Assembly: GCA_038245905.1 (NCBI GenBank)
Contig: JBBRRY010000052.1
Span: 1-16,158 of the forward strand
DNA: 16,158 nt
From: Thermoanaerobaculia bacterium
GTDB lineage: Bacteria > Acidobacteriota > Thermoanaerobaculia > UBA5066
Direction of reading: 5' to 3'
Shown: positions 1 through 6,512 of the stretch, one piece after another
How positions within the stretch are numbered: the stretch's first letter is position 1
Layout of the letters: each line of letters begins with the position of its first letter
Position numbers and translations under genes: made by a program
Notes under the pieces: model-generated
The model's database searches: none
What the model was told of the DNA's origin: nothing
What the model saw: the letters and a program-made list of their open reading frames with translations, nothing else

Positions 1-59
1 AGCTCCTCGGGCGTCATCGTCACAACGAGGTCGGGCTGCTGCTCTCTGTCTCCACGCAT
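1..59 (-). CDS. Transposase N-terminus (IS5/IS1182-like, DUF772-type), partial
   Basis: Not in the ORF track. Manual translation from ATG at 59 gives MRGDREQQPDLVVTMTPEEL..., matching the 'MRG...Q..(L/M)....(S/T)PE..VP..HPLR' start of these transposases. Confidence 0.7.
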   Translation of the reverse strand, partial: MRGDREQQPDLVVTMTPEE

Positions 60-116
60 CCCAACAAGGTGCTTCCGCACTTCGCTCTCGTCAAGACTTC
101 GAAAGCTAACTCATCC

Positions 117-134
117 GACTTTTTCAGCAGCCTG
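117..134 (-). repeat. Putative IS terminal inverted repeat CAGGCTGCTGAAAAAGTC
   Basis: Resembles IS ends recalled for CTAG-targeting IS5-like elements. The partner IR is not visible. Confidence 0.65.
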
Positions 135-941
135 CTAGCGCTCCGCTGCCGCGAGCGGCGAGGCGAGGGCGGCCTGCGCTTCAAGCTTCGCGATGAGCGC
201 CGCGCGGCGCGCCGCGTCGAGGTTCTCGGACCCGGCCCGGAGAATGTCCGGGTTGCCGTCGATCGAGCGGCGAAAGAGGAAATCCTGAACCGCCTTCGCG
301 TCTACGCGCGTCGTCTCCCGGAGTAACCGGGCCACGGCCCCGATCATGACGGGGTTCTGCTCGTCGAGAAGAGCCTCCGCAAGGGTCAGCACGGCCGCGG
401 CCTCCCGGTGGCCTTCCGTCACGAGACCCGTCGCCGCGAGCACGGCGAGATGCCGTTTGCCGACGCTCTTCAGCTTCGCCCACTTCTTCACGACAGCCAT
501 TTTCGCGGGTTCGATCCCAAGAGCCGGAGCGGCGATGCGCGTGCCGAGCACCTCGGCCACTTCCAGGTCGTCGGCCACGGCGCTCCACTTCTCGACCTTC
601 GAAAAGAGACCAGATTTGAACTCTTTCTGCTGCCTCTCGAGGAGCTCGAGTGCGACGAGGATCTCCTCGCGCACCTTGCGCGCGATCGCCGCATCGACGA
701 GCGCAAGAGCCACCGCATAATCGATCGCGGGCTTCGCCTTCGTTTGGATGTCGCGCGCGATCGACCGGACGAAGGAGGAACGGACTCCGAGCGCCTTAAG
801 AGGGCTCTTGGACGCCGTCCCTTTGGACTTGTCTCCACGGTCGCCGCGATCCGAACGTTCGGAGCGTCCGTCCAGACGCGAATCCAGAGCGGCCCGGATG
901 TCCTTGAGAATCAGCGCGGCAGACGGTGCGGCCTTGACCAT
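135..941 (-). CDS. AlkD-like DNA alkylation repair family HEAT-repeat protein (active-site residues appear substituted)
   Basis: LGVRSSFVRSIARDI resembles AlkD 'GVRVP.LR.IAK'. REEILVALELL, KW..D, KWAK...KRHLAV and AVARLLRE match the family's helical-repeat pattern. ATG at 941 is preferred over TTG at 947. Confidence 0.7.
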   Translation of the reverse strand: MVKAAPSAALILKDIRAALDSRLDGRSERSDRGDRGDKSKGTASKSPLKALGVRSSFVRSIARDIQTKAKPAIDYAVALALVDAAIARKVREEILVALELLERQQKEFKSGLFSKVEKWSAVADDLEVAEVLGTRIAAPALGIEPAKMAVVKKWAKLKSVGKRHLAVLAATGLVTEGHREAAAVLTLAEALLDEQNPVMIGAVARLLRETTRVDAKAVQDFLFRRSIDGNPDILRAGSENLDAARRAALIAKLEAQAALASPLAAAER

Positions 942-953
942 ATGCAAGTAACG

Positions 954-962
954 ATTCTAGCA
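954..962 (-). promoter_or_regulatory. Extended -10 promoter element (TG-C-TAGAAT) for the AlkD-like gene
   Basis: The minus strand reads TGCTAGAAT, ending 12 nt upstream of ATG 941. Confidence 0.5.
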
Positions 963-1005
963 CACCAACTGACCACTTTCGGCCCATTCCCCACCCGGAA
1001 GTTCG

Positions 1006-2043
1006 TCACAATATCCTCGAACTGCGTTCGTAAACATCCCCGTTGGAGGCAGTTGCGAAGAGAGGGGTCTGGATGACGCGCGCACCGATCGGCCGTCCGC
1101 ACAAGGTGACGAATCCGCTCGCGCGACCGACCTGAACACCAAGTTGCTTAAGGTCGACCGCGTCCCGAAGGGACCCGCGTGCCCGCGTCGAAAGGATGCG
1201 TTCGACGGCGAGAGGGCCGAACCCCGGAACCCTCTGAAGCACCTCCCGACTGGCCGTCGTGAGCTCGACCGGGAACCGCCCCGGATTCGTGAGCGCCCAG
1301 GTGAGCTTCGGATCGTGGTCGAGTGGAAGATGGCCATCCTTGCCATACACGAGCTCGTCGGCGCTGAAGCCATATTCGCGCAACAGGTGATCCGCCTGGA
1401 TGAGACGTTTTTTCTCGAGCCCCTCCGCGAACGACAGGGGCTCGGGGGCCTGACGCGCCGACGACTGCCGGGCATCCCGCACGGCAGTGGCCGCGTCCCG
1501 GGCCATTTCGAGGAGCGCGACTCCCTTTGTCCCGGTCTTCTCCGAGGAGTTTACCGGGTGTTTTTCCGGAGCCTTTTCCGGCGCATGCTCGTCGAACGCT
1601 TGCTGGCAGGGCGCCTCGAGGTTGTAGGAGACACGATCCACGAGTCGCACGAGGCGCTCGATTTGCCCTGGCTCGGCACCGGCGAGCGACTTCACGTGGA
1701 GGTAGCCACGGTATCCGTGTGTGAACCGCAGCGTCTCGACGAGCTCGAGCATGCGCGCCATCGCGGAAACGGAGTCCTTGGGGATGCCGCTCGTGACGAA
1801 GAGGCCGTCGCACCAGCCGCGGCGGAAGGCCGTCATAAACAGGCGCGCGAGGCTGGCGGGCTCGAGTGCGTGCGGGGGAAGGTCGCGCTCCGCGCGCATC
1901 GGGCAGTAGTCGCACGAGTACTGGCAGGCGTTCGTGAGCAGAATGCGAAAAATCCGGCGATTCCCCACTCCTGGCACGATCAGATCGCGGATGTTGATCG
2001 GCGCCGGCACGACTTTTTTGATGGCAACCATTGCTTCACCCAC
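1006..2043 (-). CDS. Putative DNA modification/repair radical SAM protein (TIGR03916-like) with C-terminal helix-hairpin-helix
   Basis: Contains LLTNACQYSCDYC (CxxxCxxC), GLFVTSGI, FTHGYRGYLHVK, DRVSYNLE, RLIQADHLLREYGF, DPKLTWAL..P..FPVEL and the HhH motif LQRVPGFG. Start is GTG 2043 or ATG 2031. Confidence 0.85.
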   Translation of the reverse strand: MGEAMVAIKKVVPAPINIRDLIVPGVGNRRIFRILLTNACQYSCDYCPMRAERDLPPHALEPASLARLFMTAFRRGWCDGLFVTSGIPKDSVSAMARMLELVETLRFTHGYRGYLHVKSLAGAEPGQIERLVRLVDRVSYNLEAPCQQAFDEHAPEKAPEKHPVNSSEKTGTKGVALLEMARDAATAVRDARQSSARQAPEPLSFAEGLEKKRLIQADHLLREYGFSADELVYGKDGHLPLDHDPKLTWALTNPGRFPVELTTASREVLQRVPGFGPLAVERILSTRARGSLRDAVDLKQLGVQVGRASGFVTLCGRPIGARVIQTPLFATASNGDVYERSSRIL

Positions 2044-2050
2044 CTAGCGC

Positions 2051-2079
2051 AAGTTAGACGTAAGTTTAGCGAAAGTCAA
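2051..2079 (-). promoter_or_regulatory. Sigma70-type promoter of the radical SAM gene
   Basis: TTGACT (2079-2074), a 17-nt spacer, then TAACTT (2056-2051), ending 7 nt before GTG 2043, in an AT-rich intergenic stretch. Confidence 0.65.
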
Positions 2080-2112
2080 GTGGGTGGACGAACCCTCGGA
2101 AAAGCCTCAGCC

Positions 2113-3228
2113 TCACGGCCGTGCGATGACGCCGCCGCCGAGCACGAGTTCAGGCCGGACGACGTCATAGAAGACTGCGGACTGGCCCGGCGCCGCGGCC
2201 CTCACGGACTCCTCGAACTCCAGCCGTCCGCGACCGCCGTCCTCGAGCGTGAGCCGCGCTGCCTGCTCGGGATGACGCGAGCGGATGCGCGCCAGCACTC
2301 GGACCGCCTGCGTCTCGCGGCGCGGCATGCGTAGACTGATACCTTCGAGAAAGATCTTCTTGGAGAGCAGGGAGGCGGCGGGGCCTACGACGACGCGCGA
2401 TTCCTCGGGAGAGGTCGAGAGGACGTACAGCGGCTCATTCGCGGCAACGCCGATCCCCTTCCGCTGACCCACGGTGTACGCCATAGTCCCCTGGTGCGCT
2501 CCAATCCTCTCTCCACCTTCAAAGAAAATTCCCCCGGGGCGGGCGCCCGGGAGCGCCGGAAGCTGGATCCCGAGCCGGCCGGCCTCACGCCTGATGAAGT
2601 CGGCCGGCGTCGAGCCGTTCGGCACGAAGCAGACTTCCTGCGAGTCGGGCTTGTCCCAGTTCGGAAGCCCGGCCTCGCGCGCGATCTCGCGCACTTCCGG
2701 CTTCGTGAGGTCTCCGAGCGGGAAGCGGGTCCGCGCGAGCTGCTCGGCCGTGAGGTCCCACAGGAAGTACGACTGATCCCGCGCGCGGTCCACGGCCTTG
2801 AGAAGGCGACTCTCGCCGGTCACGGCGTCGGGCCCGACGCGCGCGTAGTGCCCGGTCGCGACGGCCTCGCACCCGAGCGCGGACGCCCTCTGGAGAAGGC
2901 TCTTGAACTTGACCTCGGTGTTGCAGACGGTGCACGGAATCGGCGTCTTCCCCTCGAGGTAGCTCGTGATGAACGGCTTCACGACCGCCTCGGTGAAGTT
3001 CTCCTCGAGATTCAGCACGAAGTGGGGAACGCCGATCATGCCGGCGGCGCGGCGGGCGACCGCGAGATCGTCGAGTGTGCAGCAGCGGCCCTCGTTCGCG
3101 CCCGTCCCGTCTCGATCGTGGTTCCAGAGGTGCATCGACAGGCCGACCACGTCCGCGCCCTCGCGGTGGAGGAGAAGGGCAGCCACGGACGAGTCCACGC
3201 CCCCGGACATCGCGACGGCAACACGCAT
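2113..3228 (-). CDS. mnmA: tRNA-specific 2-thiouridylase MnmA
   Basis: Contains AMSGGVDSS (PP-loop), TPIPCTVCN, ATGHYAR, DQSYFL, KPDSQEVCF, YTVGQRKGIG and PGQSAVFY..LGGGVI. Confidence 0.96.
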   Translation of the reverse strand: MRVAVAMSGGVDSSVAALLLHREGADVVGLSMHLWNHDRDGTGANEGRCCTLDDLAVARRAAGMIGVPHFVLNLEENFTEAVVKPFITSYLEGKTPIPCTVCNTEVKFKSLLQRASALGCEAVATGHYARVGPDAVTGESRLLKAVDRARDQSYFLWDLTAEQLARTRFPLGDLTKPEVREIAREAGLPNWDKPDSQEVCFVPNGSTPADFIRREAGRLGIQLPALPGARPGGIFFEGGERIGAHQGTMAYTVGQRKGIGVAANEPLYVLSTSPEESRVVVGPAASLLSKKIFLEGISLRMPRRETQAVRVLARIRSRHPEQAARLTLEDGGRGRLEFEESVRAAAPGQSAVFYDVVRPELVLGGGVIARP

Positions 3229-3235
3229 CGGAGGG

Positions 3236-3241
3236 ATTCTA
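3236..3241 (-). promoter_or_regulatory. -10 element TAGAAT of a probably leaderless mnmA transcript
   Basis: TAGAAT-CCCTCCG-ATG places the -10 element 7 nt before the start codon, with no Shine-Dalgarno. Confidence 0.55.
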
Positions 3242-3261
3242 CGAGTGAACCGGCGACGACG

Positions 3262-4557
3262 TCAGTTTGAGGAGAAGCTCAGAGGGAGCGGCTTCAACCC
3301 GCCCTGGCCGTAGGGGGAGGTCCACTCCCGGCTGAACGCGATCGACATCTGACGGCTGTCGGGGGACACCTCGTAGCGCCACGAGGCTCCCGGAAAGCGC
3401 GACACCTCGATTCCGGAAATCGACGCCGGCCAGCGCATTCCGTTCTCGCGGCGAAGGCGCTTCACCTCGAGGATCTTCCCCGTCAGTTCGGCGTCCACGA
3501 CCAGCCGGTCCGCGCGAAGAAACGAATTCTGAATGGTCGGCATCGAGATCGTGGTGATGATGTGAGCCGGGTCCAGGACTTTGGGAGTGCTAGCGGGTGG
3601 AAAATGATCCAGAAGTGGTGCGCCCCGTAGCTGGACGAGCTCTTCACGCATCAGACTGAAGTCTTCGACTATCGCGACGCGGTCCATCGGTCCCGCGAGG
3701 AAGTCCCGTACCCTCCGGTACCAGGTGGAGCCCTTCCCGCTCGCCCACGCGTTTCTCCATCCCAGTTTCGACCTGCTCGGCCCGGAATCGAGCACGAGGG
3801 CTTCGAGGAGCGCCGGCCGGAAATCCATTCCGGCGACGCGTGGACTCCACGGGCGTTCCCCGACGTTCATCTTCCGAAGAACGCCTGCCTCGAGCCGCGC
3901 GACGGCCATCGCGATGAGAAGAGAAGTCGTCTCCGGCCGCGACCGGAGCGACTCGTTGAGGTTCCACGATGCCTCGAGAGCGCGTGCCGCCAGATCGTCT
4001 CGACCAGCTTGTGCGGCGGCCAGGGCATGCGCCGTCAGGGCCCGCTGAAGCCGCATGTGCCCAAGGAGATTCGGCAGGGGCGACTCGTTTTCGGAGCGCG
4101 AGATGTCGAGCGACCACTCTGGGGGCGGAGACGCGGCCAGCGTCGACTCGATTGCGGCGAGCTGGGTGCGGTTTTCATCGAAGAAGCGGGCGACGTTCTC
4201 CGGAGGTAGGTCGATGCTGGCCTCTTCCTTCGTGTTCTCTGCCGAGAGGTAGTCGAGGATGGCCTGGCTTCCCTTTTCCGGAGGAAGCGAGGGGAAGTGA
4301 GTGCGGGACATTCGAACGGAGGAGGTCAGGTCGAACGCGCTCCCATGCGTGAGCTCCTGCAGCTTCTTCGCCGTTTCATTCGTTTCGCGCTTCGGATACT
4401 TCTTCTTCAGATCCTCGAAGCTTCCGAAGGTCGTCGCCCACTCCTTCTCGCATTTCAGTTCCCGGCGCGCCGCCCAGGCGTCTCCTCCAGAGATCCACAT
4501 ACCCGCGACCAGCAACGCGGCCAGGAGGGAAAGGAGAGCGACGCGGCGGAGCTTCAC
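3262..4557 (-). CDS. Hypothetical exported/membrane-anchored alpha-helical protein (paralog of 4573..5700)
   Basis: N-terminal basic plus hydrophobic segment MKLRRVALLSLLAALLVAGMW. Aligns by eye with the neighbouring ORF along most of its length. Confidence 0.75.
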   Translation of the reverse strand: MKLRRVALLSLLAALLVAGMWISGGDAWAARRELKCEKEWATTFGSFEDLKKKYPKRETNETAKKLQELTHGSAFDLTSSVRMSRTHFPSLPPEKGSQAILDYLSAENTKEEASIDLPPENVARFFDENRTQLAAIESTLAASPPPEWSLDISRSENESPLPNLLGHMRLQRALTAHALAAAQAGRDDLAARALEASWNLNESLRSRPETTSLLIAMAVARLEAGVLRKMNVGERPWSPRVAGMDFRPALLEALVLDSGPSRSKLGWRNAWASGKGSTWYRRVRDFLAGPMDRVAIVEDFSLMREELVQLRGAPLLDHFPPASTPKVLDPAHIITTISMPTIQNSFLRADRLVVDAELTGKILEVKRLRRENGMRWPASISGIEVSRFPGASWRYEVSPDSRQMSIAFSREWTSPYGQGGLKPLPLSFSSN

Positions 4558-4572
4558 GGTTTTCCGCTCAAT

Positions 4573-5700
4573 TCAGGGCTTCAGCGGCCGTGCCGCCAGA
4601 ACCTCGTCCGTCTTCCGGATCTCGAGGACCAGGACGTTCGCCTTGTGCCAGGAGCCGGTGAGACTCGGCATGGCGGCGGCTGGCACGGCACGCATACCGC
4701 TCCGCACCAACGCGGCCTGAAAGACTTCGGTGAGCTTCTTTGTCTCGGCATCCTCGACGGCGCTCTTCGCGGCCTCCTCGATCGCGGCGCGCCAGGCGTC
4801 GAGGTACGCCGCGGACGCGACGCGATCGCGCCAGGAGGAGAGCAGGGCCTCCGCGCGACCCCGGAGCGGCCCTTCGCGCCGCCTTCTCTCCCCCAACCGC
4901 TTCGACGCCTCGTACGGCACCCACGCCTCGCGCTTCCAGGCCGCGAGCATTCCCGCCCGCGGGTCGAGCGTCTTGAGGCGCTCCCGCCACCGAGTCGCAT
5001 CGACGGGAATCCGGCGCACGGCCGCGAGCTCCAGGCGCGTCGCCGCGATCGAGACAAGCTGGCTCACGATCTCCGGCCGGCCGCGCAACGAGCCCGTGAG
5101 CGCGAATGCGGCGTCGAGCGAGTCCTCCGCACGCGCGTCGTTCCGGGCGGCCCTCGACTCGGCTCGCCCCACGAGGACGCGCGCGAGCTGCATCTGACCG
5201 GAAAAATTCGGCACGGGTCCCGCGTAGAGCTTCGAGAGGTCCGCGGCCCACTCCGGCGTGGGCCCCGCGAGAAGCGTCTTCTCGATCGCGTCGAGAGCCG
5301 GCTCGTGCGCGGCGAGAAACGACGCCACCGCGGCCGGTGGCGGCTCGGGAAGGCCCTGGGGTTTCGCGGCCTGGGCGTCCGCCCACTTCTCGAGAGGCGC
5401 GCGAACCCCGTCCCATTCGGTCTTCTTCGGCCGGCTCGGATCGTCGTCCGCCTGCTCGGCGCGAGGCCGCAGCTCGATTCCCAGCGTCCGCGCCGCGTCC
5501 TCGATGGCGCGAGCCGTCTCGTTCGTGGGCCGCGCGGGGAACCGCGCCGTGAGGCTTCCGAAGGTTCCGAACGACGCCTCCCACGCGGCCTCCGCCGCCC
5601 GCTCGCGGCGCGCCGCTTTGAACGACCCAGCTCCCAGCCAGACGAGCGCCGCGCCCACGAGGGCGAGCAACAGAAACCCGATTGTCCGTCCGATCCGCAT
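4573..5700 (-). CDS. Hypothetical exported/membrane-anchored alpha-helical protein (paralog of 3262..4557)
   Basis: GGAGG RBS upstream and N-terminal TM/signal [21 protein letters not shown]. Motifs shared with the paralog include W..FG.F..L..(F/Y)P.R.TNETA, PEW..D.S, PN..G.M.L.R.L and SLR.RPE. Confidence 0.78.
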   Translation of the reverse strand: MRIGRTIGFLLLALVGAALVWLGAGSFKAARRERAAEAAWEASFGTFGSLTARFPARPTNETARAIEDAARTLGIELRPRAEQADDDPSRPKKTEWDGVRAPLEKWADAQAAKPQGLPEPPPAAVASFLAAHEPALDAIEKTLLAGPTPEWAADLSKLYAGPVPNFSGQMQLARVLVGRAESRAARNDARAEDSLDAAFALTGSLRGRPEIVSQLVSIAATRLELAAVRRIPVDATRWRERLKTLDPRAGMLAAWKREAWVPYEASKRLGERRRREGPLRGRAEALLSSWRDRVASAAYLDAWRAAIEEAAKSAVEDAETKKLTEVFQAALVRSGMRAVPAAAMPSLTGSWHKANVLVLEIRKTDEVLAARPLKP

Positions 5701-5729
5701 TCACGTTCCTCCGACTATTCCGGATGGGG

Positions 5730-5746
5730 ATGATACGGGGCAGAAT
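5730..5746. promoter_or_regulatory. Back-to-back -10 elements of a compact divergent promoter
   Basis: TATCAT on minus (5735-5730) and CAGAAT on plus (5741-5746) lie in a 52-bp intergenic gap. Confidence 0.45.
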
Positions 5747-5752
5747 GACCCC

Positions 5753-6046
5753 ATGAAACGTCCCGGCAGATTGTCCGCGAAAGTCGTCGACGTCCGGCTC
5801 CCCTCGCTCCCCGGCTGGAAGCGGACGAAAGGAAAGCTCCACCGCATTTTCACGTTCGCCGACTTCTCGGAGGCGTTCGCCTTCATGACGCGCGCCGCGC
5901 TCGCCGCCGAGAAGCTCAATCACCACCCGGACTGGTCGAACGTGTGGAACAAGGTGACGGTGGACCTCTCGACCCATGACGCGGGCGGCATCACGGAGCT
6001 CGACTTCCGTCTGGCGGCGGAAGTGAATCGGATCGCGGGGAGCTGA
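5753..6046 (+). CDS. phhB: Pterin-4-alpha-carbinolamine dehydratase (4a-hydroxytetrahydrobiopterin dehydratase)
   Basis: The C-terminal 97 aa of ORF 5258..6046 read LPGW...[60 protein letters not shown], including the signature HHP and THD.GG motifs. Confidence 0.95.
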   Translation: MKRPGRLSAKVVDVRLPSLPGWKRTKGKLHRIFTFADFSEAFAFMTRAALAAEKLNHHPDWSNVWNKVTVDLSTHDAGGITELDFRLAAEVNRIAGS

Positions 6047-6085
6047 GAACAGGAAGGAGGTCGGAAGGAGAATCCCGGCCCAACC

Positions 6086-6101
6086 TGTCGATTTCCCAAC
6101 A
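6086..6101. promoter_or_regulatory. Putative upstream activator sequence TGTCG-N6-CAACA (TGT-N10-ACA)
   Basis: Near-palindrome TGTCGATTTCCCAACA about 100 bp upstream of the sigma54-like site. Confidence 0.4.
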
Positions 6102-6202
6102 TAACCCCATCCGTCGGGCCACTCGTGCGCTGCACCGGATTTCCGAGCTAAATTACTTTCAAAGAGAATCTTAGGGGCTCTTCGTTCACGACCCGAAGCG
6201 CG

Positions 6203-6218
6203 TGGCACAACGTGTGAA
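6203..6218 (+). promoter_or_regulatory. Sigma54 (-24/-12)-like promoter
   Basis: TGGCAC-AACGT-GTGAA has a perfect -24 box and a variant -12 (GTGA instead of TTGC). RBS GGAGG at 6231-6235 and ATG at 6246 fit the expected geometry. Confidence 0.5.
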
Positions 6219-6245
6219 GGGCGACGCACTGGAGGCCTCACGGCC

Positions 6246-6512
6246 ATGTCGCAAAAGTGCGTGGAAATGATTTTTGGAAGGCTCGCGACCGACGAGGAGC
6301 TGCGCCGGGAATTCCGTAAGGATCCGACGGGGACGATCTGCAAGCTCGCCGCCTGCGGCGTGGAGCTGACGAAAGCCGAGTGCGACGCTCTTCTCGCGAC
6401 GAACGGAGCGCTCTTCGAGCGCCTCGCCGAAACCATCGACCCTCGCCTTCAGAAGGCGAGCCTGCGCCCGAACGAGGCGCAACGCCCCGACGCCGAAAGG
6501 AGACCGTCGTGA
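6246..6512 (+). CDS. Small NHLP-clan (Os1348-like / nitrile-hydratase-leader-like) protein, 88 aa
   Basis: GGAGG RBS. VEMIFGRLATDEELRREFRKDP...GVELTKAECDAL matches the 'I.R..TD..FR..F..DP...G..LT..E..AL' NHLP-leader pattern. The stop overlaps the TolC start (GTGA). Confidence 0.75.
   Translation: MSQKCVEMIFGRLATDEELRREFRKDPTGTICKLAACGVELTKAECDALLATNGALFERLAETIDPRLQKASLRPNEAQRPDAERRPS

Larger units (their letters stand above)
1..134 (-). mobile_element. Left end of an IS5/IS1182-type insertion sequence (continues beyond window start)
   Basis: The minus strand reads CTAG|CAGGCTGCTGAAAAAGTC, an IR-like end at 134-117 next to a CTAG target at 135-138. A transposase-like start follows about 58 bp inside the IR. 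The other end is not in the window. Confidence 0.75.

Noticed and set aside
825-875. Short 9-bp-period repeats encoding RSERSDRGDRGDK
   Set aside because: A low-complexity protein loop, not a CRISPR array or structured repeat.
1006-2043. Radical SAM enzyme as the maturase of the NHLP-like peptide
   Set aside because: Its motifs are those of the DNA-repair TIGR03916/HhH family, with no SPASM, B12 or RRE domain. It lies 4 kb away on the other strand under a separate promoter.
1144-2334. 396-aa plus-strand ORF and other short alternative ORFs across the window
   Set aside because: Antisense or off-frame to genes with strong family motifs, with no independent support.
5258-5752. N-terminal extension of the phhB ORF (apparent fusion)
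   Set aside because: Antisense to the 4573..5700 gene. The PCD domain begins at ATG 5753 with its own -10 element.
6059-6080. Rho-independent terminator after phhB
   Set aside because: Only a weak stem (GGTCGG/CCGGCC) with no U-tract.
4568-6436. 622-aa minus ORF and 478-aa plus ORF (4297..5733)
   Set aside because: Arg/Ala/Gly-rich off-frame translations overlapping better-supported genes.
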